NCBI GenBank assembly: GCA_964518565.1
Contig: CAZFGX010000001.1
Location: 905,553-969,552 of the forward strand
Direction: 5' to 3'
Length of the DNA stretch: 64,000 bases
Source of the DNA: an uncultured Gammaproteobacteria bacterium
Lineage (GTDB): Bacteria; Patescibacteriota; Microgenomatia; CAZETR01; Amesbacteraceae
Made by a program: the position numbers and the translations under genes
Shown here: positions 13,016-23,062 of the stretch, piece after piece
Layout of the letters: each line of letters starts with the position of its first letter
How positions within the stretch are numbered: position 1 is the first letter of the stretch
Notes under the pieces: generated by a model
Databases searched by the model: none
What the model saw: only the letters and a program-made list of their open reading frames with translations
Told to the model about the DNA's origin: nothing

Positions 13016-13381
13016 TCAACTAATCGATTCAAACGCTTCAATCACCTCACGAGAAATATTTGAGTCCGGCTGTCCAAAATCCGTTATCGTAACTGATCCA
13101 CCAATAAGCGGGGCTTTCAAAGTGAAACGAATATGGACGCACCGTGGCTTCTGGCCATCCTCGCCTTCATGTTTCTGAAATTCACACCAATGAAACAATC
13201 GCCAGTTAAGCATCCGAGCATCATTCGCAATAGCATGAATTACATCAGTAAAACGAATCGTTAGTGTCGCATTTCCTTGCATCTCCAACTGTTTCACATA
13301 GACAGTGTTCCAATCAATCACATAGGCCACCTTGCCGCCAAACTCCTCCGTCCCATAATGGGTTATTCCTGTTGTTAACAT
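13016..13381 (-). CDS. orphan protein, family C (cassette 1)
   Basis: AGGAGG SD; similar to 13394..13777. Confidence 0.7.
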   Translation of the reverse strand: MLTTGITHYGTEEFGGKVAYVIDWNTVYVKQLEMQGNATLTIRFTDVIHAIANDARMLNWRLFHWCEFQKHEGEDGQKPRCVHIRFTLKAPLIGGSVTITDFGQPDSNISREVIEAFESIS

Positions 13382-13393
13382 ACAACCCTCCTT

Positions 13394-13777
13394 CTATCGT
13401 GGTGGGTCATTCGGTCGCAACGAAGCCCGAAATGCCCGAATCACTTCTTGGGGAATATCTGCCAGATCCAGATCCCGAACGTCTACCACATCTCCATTTT
13501 GACGCAATATCCACTCAATGCCGGTCACGCTACCGTCCTTATAAAGAAGTAGCACAAACCATCGCAAATTTGGGATCTTCTGATAGTCAGCACCAAAGGC
13601 CAATTCTACGACCGACCGAAACAAATACGTTGACGCACTATACATCGTCGTATTTCCTCTCGCTACGCGTTCTTGCAAAAACACTCGTGGTCCATCAGTA
13701 GCAAAAGCCGCCAACATTCCCCAATCACGCCCTGGAGTAGAAACTAATCCAGTTACCCAATGTTCAGCAATCTTCAT
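13394..13777 (-). CDS. orphan protein, family C (cassette 1)
   Basis: GGAGG SD before ATG 13777 (MKIAEHW). Confidence 0.7.
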   Translation of the reverse strand: MKIAEHWVTGLVSTPGRDWGMLAAFATDGPRVFLQERVARGNTTMYSASTYLFRSVVELAFGADYQKIPNLRWFVLLLYKDGSVTGIEWILRQNGDVVDVRDLDLADIPQEVIRAFRASLRPNDPPR

Positions 13778-13809
13778 ACCATACCTCCAAATTTTGAATC
13801 GAAAATTGA

Positions 13810-13821
13810 TTTGCAAAGTAC
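13810..13821 (-). promoter_or_regulatory. boxA-like element after a leader hairpin
   Basis: GTTGGTGTGGTCTC-AATAC-GAGGCTGATATCGGC, then GTACTTTGCAAA. Confidence 0.5.
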
Positions 13822-13866
13822 TGCCGATATCAGCCTCGTATTGAGACCACACCAACTCGAACCCTT

Positions 13867-13904
13867 ATTATATCAACAGCAGCCTCAAAATAAAACTATA
13901 GGTC
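13867..13904 (-). promoter_or_regulatory. promoter with GACCTATAGT box (cassette 1)
   Basis: GACCTATAGT-TTTATT-16nt-TATAAT (weak -35). Confidence 0.6.
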
Positions 13905-13950
13905 ATATGTTAAACTAGAAGAAATCTATTCAAAAGGAGGTGATATCAAA

Positions 13951-14184
13951 ATGAAAACCATGACTTGCAAACAAATGGGTGGACCATGCGACACTGCATT
14001 TACCGCCGACACCCCAGACGAAATGATGAATCTCGGTGCTGCTCACGTAATGGAAATGAAAGACAAAGATGCCGAACACGCAGCAGCAGCCAAAATGATG
14101 GAAGATGCCCGCACAAATCCCCAACTAGCCGAACAATGGGCAACCAAATTCCACGCCGACTTCGCCGCCCTGCCCGAAAACTAA
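13951..14184 (+). CDS. DUF1059-like small protein
   Basis: MKTMTCKQMGGPCD...H; SD AAGGAGGTG; paralogue at 34240. Confidence 0.8.
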   Translation: MKTMTCKQMGGPCDTAFTADTPDEMMNLGAAHVMEMKDKDAEHAAAAKMMEDARTNPQLAEQWATKFHADFAALPEN

Positions 14185-14191
14185 TTTTTGC

Positions 14192-14228
14192 AAAAAAAAA
14201 TGGCGGAGAGAAAAGTCTCTCCGCCATA
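14192..14228 (-). terminator. intrinsic terminator, cassette 2
   Basis: TGGCGGAGAG-6nt-CTCTCCGCCA followed by a T-run. Confidence 0.85.
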
Positions 14229-14248
14229 ACCCGGAAACTAGCTACAAA

Positions 14249-16096
14249 TCAATTCGAACACGCACGGACAGCTTGGTTACACACCTTACCCACATTCACA
14301 TCTTTACTATCAGTACCTGCTAAACCATCCAAAGTTAAGGTGTCGCTCACCTTCGTAAGGGACATAATTTTGGCGGTAGGGCTGTCCTTGGACAACGAAA
14401 AAATCACACCCGGATACTGGACTAGCTGAAATTGGATTTCATTACCCAAGTCACTAATCCGAGACACCTCACCTTTATACAAAGTCACCCCAGCTGCCTT
14501 CTGCATGTCGGGCGAAGCATCACTATCCCCAGCAATTTGTCGTTGCAACTTAGCGTAAGCTTCATTTAGTGTTGGAGCAATGATCACCTTTGGAGCATCT
14601 GTGTTTGCGTATCGAGCTCGAAAGAATGCAAATCCCATGTGCTTTCCGCGCAAAGAATTTGCCTCATCTGGATCGACCAGCAAACAATAGACCACCTTCT
14701 CACCCAACACATCAGTCAGAATACAGTTATCCGCTTCGGCATCTTTTGCCATACCCGGAGTGTTGCGTACCCGTTCAGTCACCAATGTATCAATCGACTC
14801 AATAGTCGAAAGAGGAACTGGCGGCTTAATGGCAATCGCCTCCCCAGTACGAGGATCTACATACAAAATCCTGGCAATCTGTGTCCCCTTACTCTCATCA
14901 GTGAAAGTAATCTGATATGCCATTCGTGGCAATCGTGACACATAGTTGAACCGATCAATCTTCATTCGTCGGTCAAAATTCGTTTGAGGGCACCATGTAG
15001 CCTCTGAAAATTGTCCCCAAGCTTGTGCATACTTTTGCACATAATCCGGAGAAAAAATTCGATCCACATCTGCCGGCATGTCTGCCAACGAAGTCGTAGT
15101 AATTTGCCCAGTAAATGGATCCATCAACAGAGCTGAATCCATGGTATCGCCATCGACTCCCAAAGTCGGCTTCAAAACCCCAGCTGTATATATAGCTCGC
15201 CCATCATCCATCACTTCAATCCCCGGATCATCAGCAATTGCCTGATTCGGTAGTTCAAAATCATAGTACAAATGAGCCTTCAAGTTTTGACCACTCGAGA
15301 ATCGAATATCATAGACATATTTGATTTTCTGATCCAAAACGATAATCGGCTTTGACACCGAACGATTTGTCGCATCAATCAATATATATCCCGGCACCAT
15401 GCCACCTTTCTTAAAAAAGGTGTTAAACGACTTACCATCCAATCCTAGAACTTCACCCGCAACTTCACGCGGCTTCAGCTCAGCATGCCAGTACAAATGA
15501 CCATTGATAGTCTCCAAGTATGGATGCTCAGCCACATCTAGCCAACCACCCAAATCCTGTCCCATAACGTCCAGCGCATTTGCATAGGCTTCACGCTCTG
15601 AGCGCTGTGGCAGCTGGTCAAGCGGCACATCAAATCGGTAACCATCTTGCTGCTTGACCTTCAAAACTCCCGCAAACTGCTGGTTAATCTGGTCATAAGC
15701 CGAACCACAGATAAATGGCCTACTAGTGATAGGCCCCTGTGGATTAAAGATCGTAGCTCCTATCAGAAGAACAAACAACCCCACAAAAGCAATCATTTGA
15801 ATGATTAATGCCGATGGCGAACCATCACCATACGAACGGCCAGCAAGCCCAATCGCCTCAAGAACAATAAAAACAACAAGCGGCACAAAACTCAACCAAA
15901 AGTAATCCCCAAAAGGAAAAACCTTGAGATGGACGCTTGCATATCCAGTAATAATCCAGATAAGAAAAGCGTTAACCAATAAACCAGCAACTGACACAGT
16001 AATCGCCTTTACGACTCGCCCCTCCAAAATACCAAAGATCAAACTGATCAACGCTGGTATCAAGGGGAACGCAAACATCATTCCTGTTTGTGACAT
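14249..16096 (-). CDS. large membrane protein: four N-terminal TM helices + extracellular domain (cassette 2)
   Basis: 615-aa ORF; GAAAGGA SD. Confidence 0.75.
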   Translation of the reverse strand: MSQTGMMFAFPLIPALISLIFGILEGRVVKAITVSVAGLLVNAFLIWIITGYASVHLKVFPFGDYFWLSFVPLVVFIVLEAIGLAGRSYGDGSPSALIIQMIAFVGLFVLLIGATIFNPQGPITSRPFICGSAYDQINQQFAGVLKVKQQDGYRFDVPLDQLPQRSEREAYANALDVMGQDLGGWLDVAEHPYLETINGHLYWHAELKPREVAGEVLGLDGKSFNTFFKKGGMVPGYILIDATNRSVSKPIIVLDQKIKYVYDIRFSSGQNLKAHLYYDFELPNQAIADDPGIEVMDDGRAIYTAGVLKPTLGVDGDTMDSALLMDPFTGQITTTSLADMPADVDRIFSPDYVQKYAQAWGQFSEATWCPQTNFDRRMKIDRFNYVSRLPRMAYQITFTDESKGTQIARILYVDPRTGEAIAIKPPVPLSTIESIDTLVTERVRNTPGMAKDAEADNCILTDVLGEKVVYCLLVDPDEANSLRGKHMGFAFFRARYANTDAPKVIIAPTLNEAYAKLQRQIAGDSDASPDMQKAAGVTLYKGEVSRISDLGNEIQFQLVQYPGVIFSLSKDSPTAKIMSLTKVSDTLTLDGLAGTDSKDVNVGKVCNQAVRACSN

Positions 16097-16116
16097 AACT
16101 CAATATCCTTTCCCAG

Positions 16117-16875
16117 CTAAGGCTGGGTAATCGAAAGCTCATTGTTAGGTTGTACACGATAGAGTGTCGACTTTTGCACTTGGCTCAACTCATCAATCGG
16201 TACAGTATCATCATTCACCTGCCATACATTTCCCTCCATATCAATTACAGATATTGTTCTTGGAAAAATTTTCGAGGTAAACGGCTGCCCCACATTCAAG
16301 ACATAGGTAAAACCGTTGTATACAAAAGTAGCCGAAGTCCGCAAAACGCTCACCGCCTGAAAATGCGCCGGATTATTTACCTTTTTCCAAGGCGCCTGTG
16401 ACGCAAATTTGAGACTGATATGTTTTGCATATTTCACACTTCGCTCGTCCAAAAATGCAAAATTCACCACATCTGGCTGATTTCGAAGCAGCAAAGCCTC
16501 CGAAGGAGACATCCACTCGATATCAGACCACATAGGCTTTTTTACAACATCAGTTGGTACGACATATACAGCTGGAAGTGCTGTCGGCGAAGCATACGGT
16601 TGAGACGGAGAAAACAAGTAGTCATATCCGTTTCTCACTTGAGAGAGTAACCCCACCAGGCAAACGACCAACAAAATTGCCGGCCACAAAGCCGAAACAC
16701 CTACCTGCCATACCCATGAAAGTTTTTGGCCGAAATCCATTTTCGGCAAAGAACGAGTTTTAGGCGCAGGCGAAGGTGTTTTTTCACCCTTAGCCTCAGC
16801 CAATTGTTGGTCAACAAAGTTTCTATACCATTCGTCAAACCGCTGGTTATACCTATCACGTAACCATTTCCACAT
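16117..16875 (-). CDS. orphan single-TM protein (cassette 2)
   Basis: AAGGAG SD; TM helix followed by a Pro/Thr linker. Confidence 0.72.
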   Translation of the reverse strand: MWKWLRDRYNQRFDEWYRNFVDQQLAEAKGEKTPSPAPKTRSLPKMDFGQKLSWVWQVGVSALWPAILLVVCLVGLLSQVRNGYDYLFSPSQPYASPTALPAVYVVPTDVVKKPMWSDIEWMSPSEALLLRNQPDVVNFAFLDERSVKYAKHISLKFASQAPWKKVNNPAHFQAVSVLRTSATFVYNGFTYVLNVGQPFTSKIFPRTISVIDMEGNVWQVNDDTVPIDELSQVQKSTLYRVQPNNELSITQP

Positions 16876-16905
16876 ATAGATCTCCTTATAAAATTTGTAG
16901 CTAAA

Positions 16906-16917
16906 TTCTCAAGGTAC
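16906..16917 (-). promoter_or_regulatory. boxA-like element after a leader hairpin
   Basis: CTTTTATCTT...GAGGATAAAG stem, then GTACCTTGAGAA. Confidence 0.5.
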
Positions 16918-16973
16918 AAGACGCTTTATCCTCCAAAAACACGTAGAGTGAATTCTTAAGATAAAAGTGAGTA

Positions 16974-16996
16974 ATTATACCATACTATAGGTCTAT
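16974..16996 (-). promoter_or_regulatory. promoter with GACCTATAGT box (cassette 2)
   Basis: ATAGACCTATAGTA-TGG-TATAAT (extended -10 TGn). Confidence 0.6.
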
Positions 16997-17030
16997 TTAC
17001 CATCGTAGAGTAATCGCATATTCTATTCTC

Positions 17031-17549
17031 ATGCCCCCACTCCAACTTCTAGTCGTCTTGGCCAAATTTCTCCTCCCCCTGCTATTTCTTACCCAACCTC
17101 TAGCCATCTGGGCCAATTATTTTCTAGACATCATCGATGGCGATCTGCTGCGATATCTGGGCATGTCTGAATACTGGTACCAGACCATAGACAAATCTGC
17201 CGATTACATTTCATATGTCTGTATGCTGCTTATGGCCAGAAAGTGGCGTATTCGCCAAACTGTGGTCTTTCTGTTTATCTATCGCACCTTTGGCCAACTC
17301 CTCTTCTTTATCACTCGAGACGAACAGATGTTTTTCCTGTTCCAAAACTTTTTGGAACCGTTACTTCTCATCTATGTCTTACTTATTGTAAAAACCAAAT
17401 CCGAATCCAAAGCCTATACCCTCTACCAAAAACATCGCACCTTCATTTGGATAGCTGTTATTTTCTACAAAGTAGTCAACGAATGGTATCTCCACATCGC
17501 CAATATCGATCTTTCCAGTATTTTCTTCGGTTTCAACGGCGGCAACTAA
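17031..17549 (+). CDS. CDP-alcohol phosphatidyltransferase-like membrane protein
   Basis: LDIIDG...IDKSAD acidic motif; polytopic. Confidence 0.55.
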   Translation: MPPLQLLVVLAKFLLPLLFLTQPLAIWANYFLDIIDGDLLRYLGMSEYWYQTIDKSADYISYVCMLLMARKWRIRQTVVFLFIYRTFGQLLFFITRDEQMFFLFQNFLEPLLLIYVLLIVKTKSESKAYTLYQKHRTFIWIAVIFYKVVNEWYLHIANIDLSSIFFGFNGGN

Positions 17550-17567
17550 TTGTTTCTACGCTTCAAT

Positions 17568-18101
17568 TTAAAACGGATATCCTTTAAATCCATGCACACC
17601 TTTAAGCGCTGCCAATTCTCCCCCCAAGCTAAATGTGTGCCCTGCCACAAACCCCAACAACATGTCTGCCAACGTTTTCTTCCCCCACGCCCCTAAATCA
17701 ATTTCTTTTTCCAGATCTGCATCTACCAGACTAGCCACATAAGCATCTGTTGCAGCATACACAGCCTTCGCATAATCCCGCATTGCAACCATATTGATCT
17801 TCACAGACTTAGACCATGCTTCATTATTTTTCTCCCAATCTGCATCCATTGCTGGCATTGGCGTGCTCGCCCCAGTCTTATCTCTCCACATATCTGCAAA
17901 AAGTGGAGTCTTACCTTGAATCATACTATTTACAATTACATCTTCAGAAAAAATCAGATGAGCATACGTCGCCCCAAGTGGAAACGCCTTACCTCCTGGA
18001 TCCACATTGATATGAGCTTCAGAAATATCCGCCGCAGTTCCCTCAAAAACATCCCGCGCACTTTTGATCTGATTTTTTATTATCTGTAGCGCACTCAACA
18101 T
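17568..18101 (-). CDS. DinB/YfiT-like protein
   Basis: GATYAHL...VAGHTFSLGGELAALKG helical-bundle pattern. Confidence 0.7.
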   Translation of the reverse strand: MLSALQIIKNQIKSARDVFEGTAADISEAHINVDPGGKAFPLGATYAHLIFSEDVIVNSMIQGKTPLFADMWRDKTGASTPMPAMDADWEKNNEAWSKSVKINMVAMRDYAKAVYAATDAYVASLVDADLEKEIDLGAWGKKTLADMLLGFVAGHTFSLGGELAALKGVHGFKGYPF

Positions 18102-18109
18102 ATATTTAA

Positions 18110-18514
18110 CTACTTAGTCCCTTTTGGTAAACTCTCACACGCTTCCCCATCCTTGTCTCCATCCAATCGGTTCAAGTCATTTCCTGTCCCTCCCACTTTT
18201 TGGAAAAATACCTGCGCTTTTGGTTGATCGGCAAAATCATCACAATTATATTTGTCTGCTTCTTTACCTTTTGTCGCATCAGTCGTCACATTTCCATCAG
18301 CATCAAACAATACATTCCCCTTAGCATCTCGAGCAACTTTAGATTCTTGCAACGACTCGCCCTTTAGCAGCTTTCCCAAATCAAAATCAGTATTAGACGC
18401 CTCGAGTCCAAATGCCCCCAAAAGGAGTGCAATTACTGGAATCAAAATAATTTTAATGGTCTTTTTAGCTCCCTCGCTTGACTCAGCTAGTGGTTTAAAT
18501 TTTGGAATATTCAT
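18110..18514 (-). CDS. Excalibur calcium-binding domain protein
   Basis: YNCDDF...RLDGDKDGEACE. Confidence 0.82.
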   Translation of the reverse strand: MNIPKFKPLAESSEGAKKTIKIILIPVIALLLGAFGLEASNTDFDLGKLLKGESLQESKVARDAKGNVLFDADGNVTTDATKGKEADKYNCDDFADQPKAQVFFQKVGGTGNDLNRLDGDKDGEACESLPKGTK

Positions 18515-18515
18515 A

Positions 18516-18608
18516 TCACCACACCGAATACAGCATATAAACAGCGATCAAAATAAGTACTCCAATAACCACCAATCGAACAACTTTATTACCCCGTAAC
18601 TTTTGCAT
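18516..18608 (-). CDS. 30-aa single-TM microprotein (below the ORF-track cutoff)
   Basis: TATACT-6nt-ATG; MQKLRGNKVVRLVVIGVLILIAVYMLYSVW*; stop is 1 nt before the next ATG. Confidence 0.55.
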   Translation of the reverse strand: MQKLRGNKVVRLVVIGVLILIAVYMLYSVW

Positions 18609-18622
18609 ACCCTAAGTATATC

Positions 18623-18976
18623 TTATTCCCACGGCGTCATCAATTGGAAGTAGTTTCCGTCTGGATCTGCCAGTGTTGCTACCCACGCCTTACCCATCTC
18701 ATATGGCTCTTTTATCACGGTTGCCCCAGCTGCTTTCATCCGCTCAAATTCTTCCTTTACTTCAGCGATTTCAAAATTAAACATGACTCGTTGAGGTTGA
18801 TTGTTTTTCCCATGAACCTCAGAATGTGCTCCAATACCCAAAAATCCCTCTCCTACCGCCCAACCAGCCCAGCCCTCTTCCACCATATCTGGCTTCCTGT
18901 CCAAAACCTTTTCATAAAAATCCGCCATCACTTTTTGTTGATCAGTACCAATCATGACAGAACTTAATTTCAACAT
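18623..18976 (-). CDS. VOC/glyoxalase family protein
   Basis: ADFYEKVL...ATLADPDGNYFQL. Confidence 0.85.
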   Translation of the reverse strand: MLKLSSVMIGTDQQKVMADFYEKVLDRKPDMVEEGWAGWAVGEGFLGIGAHSEVHGKNNQPQRVMFNFEIAEVKEEFERMKAAGATVIKEPYEMGKAWVATLADPDGNYFQLMTPWE

Positions 18977-19004
18977 TTCTTCATCCTATCACACCCTCGC
19001 TAAA

Positions 19005-19808
19005 TCACAAACACGTCTTCAACGCTCCAGTACTCAATCCTTTTTCAAAAGATTGTACCCGCTGTTTTGAAGATCCATGTGTCCAAGTCTCCGGATTAAT
19101 ATACCCGCCATACTTTTTCTGCACCCTATCATCCCCTACAGCCGCCGCAGCATCGATAGCTTCACTTATCTCCCCCGACTCGACCACCTTTCGCTCCTCC
19201 ACTGACTTAGCCCAAGCCCCTGCCAGACAATCTGCCTGCAATTCAGTCTGCACGCTTTCGTTGGCAGTTTGTGCCTTTTTCAAAAGTCCCAGCTGATACT
19301 GCACATGATGTCCCACTTCATGAGCCATCACATATGCTTCTGCCACATCTCCACCCTTGGCTCCCAATTGGCCAGTGAGTACATCAAAAAACGTTTCATC
19401 CAAATAAATTGTCTGATCCAACGGACAATAATGCGGCCCCATACTCGAATCGGCTCCACCACAATCAGACTGAGTAGCATCACGAAACAGCACCATTTTT
19501 GGCTCTACATATGTTTTATTCATCTGACGAAATTCTTTTTTCCACAAATCATTTGCAGATCCCAACACGCTACTCGCAAATAGTTTATATTCCGAATCCG
19601 GAGCCACTTGCTGTTCATTTGCTTGCTGCTCCATAACCTGCCCTCCCAACTGGCTCAACACATCACCCAAATTTCCTCCGCTAAAATAATTCAACGCCAC
19701 CAAAAGTATCACTCCCCCTATTCCTAGTCCTCCACCAATTCTGACTCGGGAATTTCCCCTGCGATCTTCTACCTCACCCCGAGTTTCAATTGCATCCCAA
19801 TCAGCCAT
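19005..19808 (-). CDS. YpfJ-like neutral zinc metallopeptidase
   Basis: VEDRRG, GPHYCPLD, YVMAHEVGHHVQ, ELQADC, WTHGSS. Confidence 0.92.
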   Translation of the reverse strand: MADWDAIETRGEVEDRRGNSRVRIGGGLGIGGVILLVALNYFSGGNLGDVLSQLGGQVMEQQANEQQVAPDSEYKLFASSVLGSANDLWKKEFRQMNKTYVEPKMVLFRDATQSDCGGADSSMGPHYCPLDQTIYLDETFFDVLTGQLGAKGGDVAEAYVMAHEVGHHVQYQLGLLKKAQTANESVQTELQADCLAGAWAKSVEERKVVESGEISEAIDAAAAVGDDRVQKKYGGYINPETWTHGSSKQRVQSFEKGLSTGALKTCL

Positions 19809-19842
19809 ATACCCAATTCTACAACCCCGAGTAAATATTCAG

Positions 19843-20583
19843 TTATTTCTTTTGAAGGAGTTTTTTTACTTTTTTTGCTCGCTCATATGCTGTCAAAAAT
19901 GGTGATACTGGTGGCCAAACAGGCTGGCTCGCCTCTCCTTGAATTTTTCTCAGCACATACACATTGTAGTACTCGCCCACCACATGAGTCTCTTGTGCAT
20001 TGAGCCGTTCAATAAACAATCGGTCGCGTTGGGACCACACCCCAACTCGCATTTTTTTCCACACCAACGGCATAATTTCTCGGTAATATTTACCCCATTC
20101 AATTACCATATCACCTAAATCTTTTCCCCTATTTCCCCATTCACCCACCCCTTTAGCCCACCACTGTGACAAAGCTTTAGGCAACTCAAAATTCACAAAC
20201 ACTTCTGGCGTCATTCCGCTCCAGTCTCGCGAATCTTTCGCATGAGGGTCAAAAATCTTGTGCTGCGCCAAAAATTGCTTTGCCACCGCATAATCCATCA
20301 AACCAATATGTGGTCGTAGCAATTCCTGTTGCTTCAAATGTTGCAAAATAACCCCTCGCGGATCTTTCTGTGCCAACGATTCATCTGCTCGCATTGTGGC
20401 TTCTAGCTCATCCGTAAAAATATCAGAAAATCTCCCCAAATATTTCACCGCAGAACTAAACAATTCAGCTCGAGGTTCGCTCATCTGCCAACCCAAAGAA
20501 ATCTCTATTTGTCGCTGTTTTGCCAGTCTCAATAAATTTGGCGAAATCTCGGCTCGGCCGGTTACCTGCTCTACTCTGCCCAT
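19843..20583 (-). CDS. hypothetical protein
   Basis: 246-aa ORF, no recognised motif. Confidence 0.65.
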   Translation of the reverse strand: MGRVEQVTGRAEISPNLLRLAKQRQIEISLGWQMSEPRAELFSSAVKYLGRFSDIFTDELEATMRADESLAQKDPRGVILQHLKQQELLRPHIGLMDYAVAKQFLAQHKIFDPHAKDSRDWSGMTPEVFVNFELPKALSQWWAKGVGEWGNRGKDLGDMVIEWGKYYREIMPLVWKKMRVGVWSQRDRLFIERLNAQETHVVGEYYNVYVLRKIQGEASQPVWPPVSPFLTAYERAKKVKKLLQKK

Positions 20584-20588
20584 AAAAG

Positions 20589-22358
20589 CTAATAAATATC
20601 AAAGCTGCGCAACAGCTTTTTATTCCCTTCTACCTGATATTTGAGCAGTTCAGAGTACAACCCTTTCCGTTTTGCCAGCTCGCCCGGTGTGCCCATATCT
20701 GCAATCGTCCCCTTTTCCAATACCACAATCCGATCCACGTTTTGAATCGTCGAAAAACGATGCGCAATAATAATCACCAACCGGTTTTTAAACAATTTTT
20801 CCAAAGCATCCTGTACCAATTTCTCAGATTTAGAATCCAGACTACTCGTCGCTTCATCCAAAATCAAGATCGGTTTATCATGCAAAATTGCCCGAGCAAT
20901 CTGCAATCGTTGTTTCTGTCCACCAGACAATTTTACCCCCCGCTCACCCACCTGAGCATCCAGCTTATCAGCAAACTTTTCCACAAATTCATCTGCATTT
21001 GCTTGTTTCAACGCTTTCCAAATTTGTGCATCACTCACCTCACCTACTCCATACGCCACATTTTCTCGCACAGTCGAAGAAAACAATTCATTGTCTTGAA
21101 ATACCAAGGCCATATGTTCCCGCACAAACGCATGATCCAACTGTGCATAAGATTTACTCGACAACAAAATCTTTCCACCCGTCGGTTCATACAGTTTCAA
21201 AATCAAATTGACCAAAGTTGTCTTACCCGCACCAGAATTTCCCACCAGTGCCACAGTCTCCTGTTTATCCAAGGTAAAGTTCAGATCTGTCAAAACCGGC
21301 GCCCCATCTTCATAGGCAAAGGCCACGTTATCAAATGTAATTGTCGGTTTCTTACCCACCCCAGTCACCGCTTTTGTCATAAACTTTTCTGTCTCTGGCA
21401 AATCCAATACTTCAAAAAACGCTTTCGAATCAGCTTCTGCCCGTTGCACCTGTTCCAAAATATAACTCATACCAAATAGTGGCCACCGCAACTGGTTCAA
21501 CAGTTGAATCACCAGTACCATTTCTCCCAAAGTAAATGTTCCCAAAAATGTATTGCGGAAAATCAAAAACAAAATCACCACAAACGCAATCTCCAGCCCA
21601 AACTGTCTCACAAAATTCAATATGTGATACTGTGTGGATTGACGATCATAAATCTGATTTATCTTTTCATATTGATCAGAAATATATGCCCATTCTCGCT
21701 GTTGTGTGTTATAGGTTTTTACCAGTTTAATATTGGCCACAGCTTCACCGATCCGTCCTCGGCTAGCATCCTCATGCACATTTTTCTTCTCTTGTAACAC
21801 TCCCCAACGCTTGGTCGAATAGGTCGAAATGGCAATATAGACGGGAAACACCGACAGGGCCAACAATCCAATGATCACGTTGTAATGTACCAGCACTCCA
21901 ATCCCAAAAATCGCTTGCAAAATAGCCGGCAAAATAAAATTGCTCATTGAACCCACAAATCCTTGAATAGACAAAATTCCCCGGTTCAGTTGATTGACAA
22001 TCTTCCCCGACAATTCCCCGTCAAAATATTTTTGCGGCAGCTGAAAAATCTTTTTGTAATAGACTTCGGTCAAATAGCGTCCTAGTCGCGAAGAAATATA
22101 ATCCCCAATTCGCTGATTCACTGCATCAAACACCACTCCACCGATATTGATACCCAAAATCAGCACAAACAACCAAATCAATTTCTGATAATCTCCACCC
22201 CCACCAGAAATCTGTTTGGACAGCTCATCCACCACATATTTGAGAGTTATGGGTGTCGCCTGCAACAAAACCGCTTGCAAAGTAATCAATACACATGCCA
22301 CCCCAATCCAGCGGTGGTACGGCCGCGCAAGTTTAATAATTTTCCAAATATTTTTCAT
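20589..22358 (-). CDS. ABC exporter, fused TMD + NBD (MsbA/MdlB-like)
   Basis: GNSGAGKT, LSGGQKQR, ILILDEATS, IAHR. Confidence 0.95.
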   Translation of the reverse strand: MKNIWKIIKLARPYHRWIGVACVLITLQAVLLQATPITLKYVVDELSKQISGGGGDYQKLIWLFVLILGINIGGVVFDAVNQRIGDYISSRLGRYLTEVYYKKIFQLPQKYFDGELSGKIVNQLNRGILSIQGFVGSMSNFILPAILQAIFGIGVLVHYNVIIGLLALSVFPVYIAISTYSTKRWGVLQEKKNVHEDASRGRIGEAVANIKLVKTYNTQQREWAYISDQYEKINQIYDRQSTQYHILNFVRQFGLEIAFVVILFLIFRNTFLGTFTLGEMVLVIQLLNQLRWPLFGMSYILEQVQRAEADSKAFFEVLDLPETEKFMTKAVTGVGKKPTITFDNVAFAYEDGAPVLTDLNFTLDKQETVALVGNSGAGKTTLVNLILKLYEPTGGKILLSSKSYAQLDHAFVREHMALVFQDNELFSSTVRENVAYGVGEVSDAQIWKALKQANADEFVEKFADKLDAQVGERGVKLSGGQKQRLQIARAILHDKPILILDEATSSLDSKSEKLVQDALEKLFKNRLVIIIAHRFSTIQNVDRIVVLEKGTIADMGTPGELAKRKGLYSELLKYQVEGNKKLLRSFDIY

Positions 22359-22385
22359 GTGGTCTGCAAATTATACCCGAAACGG

Positions 22386-22862
22386 CTATTTTATATCCAA
22401 AAGCACAAATCCTCTTTTAGTATCATATCCAAAATGATCCAAAGGCGAATCAGCCACTACACTAGACCGTTCTACTGGAATATCTACCCTATCACTTTTT
22501 AACCAATCCAATATCTCCTGACGATTTTTACTCATATTTACTTGTCGCATCTCACCTTCTTTTTGGTCTGCAGCATTCACTCTTTCTACATACTTAACCG
22601 TAGTAGCTCCCTCCCTTTTTAATTCAGCAATCTCTTCTTCCAGCATATTCACATTCCATCTAGGATTCACATGTATTGCTGCCATCACCTCTGACCCACG
22701 AGTAATCACAACTGGTACACACACCGCCACACCCGGAAATTCCAACAAATCATATTTCTCCTGACCAGGTTGCGGTTTCCACAACATCCCATCTGTCACC
22801 GTATACTCCCTCGGCTCACCATGAAAATCCACCTCTACAGTTGGCAGTCCTCGCTCAGACAT
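22386..22862 (-). CDS. hypothetical protein with a CheD/CNF1-like Cys-His motif
   Basis: FPGVAVCVPVVI...MAAIHV. Confidence 0.5.
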   Translation of the reverse strand: MSERGLPTVEVDFHGEPREYTVTDGMLWKPQPGQEKYDLLEFPGVAVCVPVVITRGSEVMAAIHVNPRWNVNMLEEEIAELKREGATTVKYVERVNAADQKEGEMRQVNMSKNRQEILDWLKSDRVDIPVERSSVVADSPLDHFGYDTKRGFVLLDIK

Positions 22863-22956
22863 AAAAAAACCGCCCATAAAATTCAATCAATTGCTCTGGT
22901 TCATCTGCCTGGATCTTAAAATAAGCAATGGCGTTCATGACCAATCTCAGTATAAC

Positions 22957-22988
22957 AAAAAAATCCCCCCAGATTCCTCTGAGGGGAT
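22957..22988 (-). terminator. intrinsic terminator with GNRA (GGAA) loop, cassette 3
   Basis: ATCCCCTCAGA-GGAA-TCTGGGGGGAT followed by a T-run. Confidence 0.8.
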
Positions 22989-23062
22989 AATACATTTTAT
23001 TTCTTTTCCAGAAAAAACTTTAGTCGCACATGACCAAGTCATCTCTTCAAAAAAACTGACTT

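Noticed and set aside
14201-14226. TGGCGGAGAG/CTCTCCGCCA matches the 3' end of the Ser tRNAs (possible att site)
   Set aside because: Only 10 bp, and it forms a perfect hairpin with a T-tract between convergent genes; a terminator explains it.
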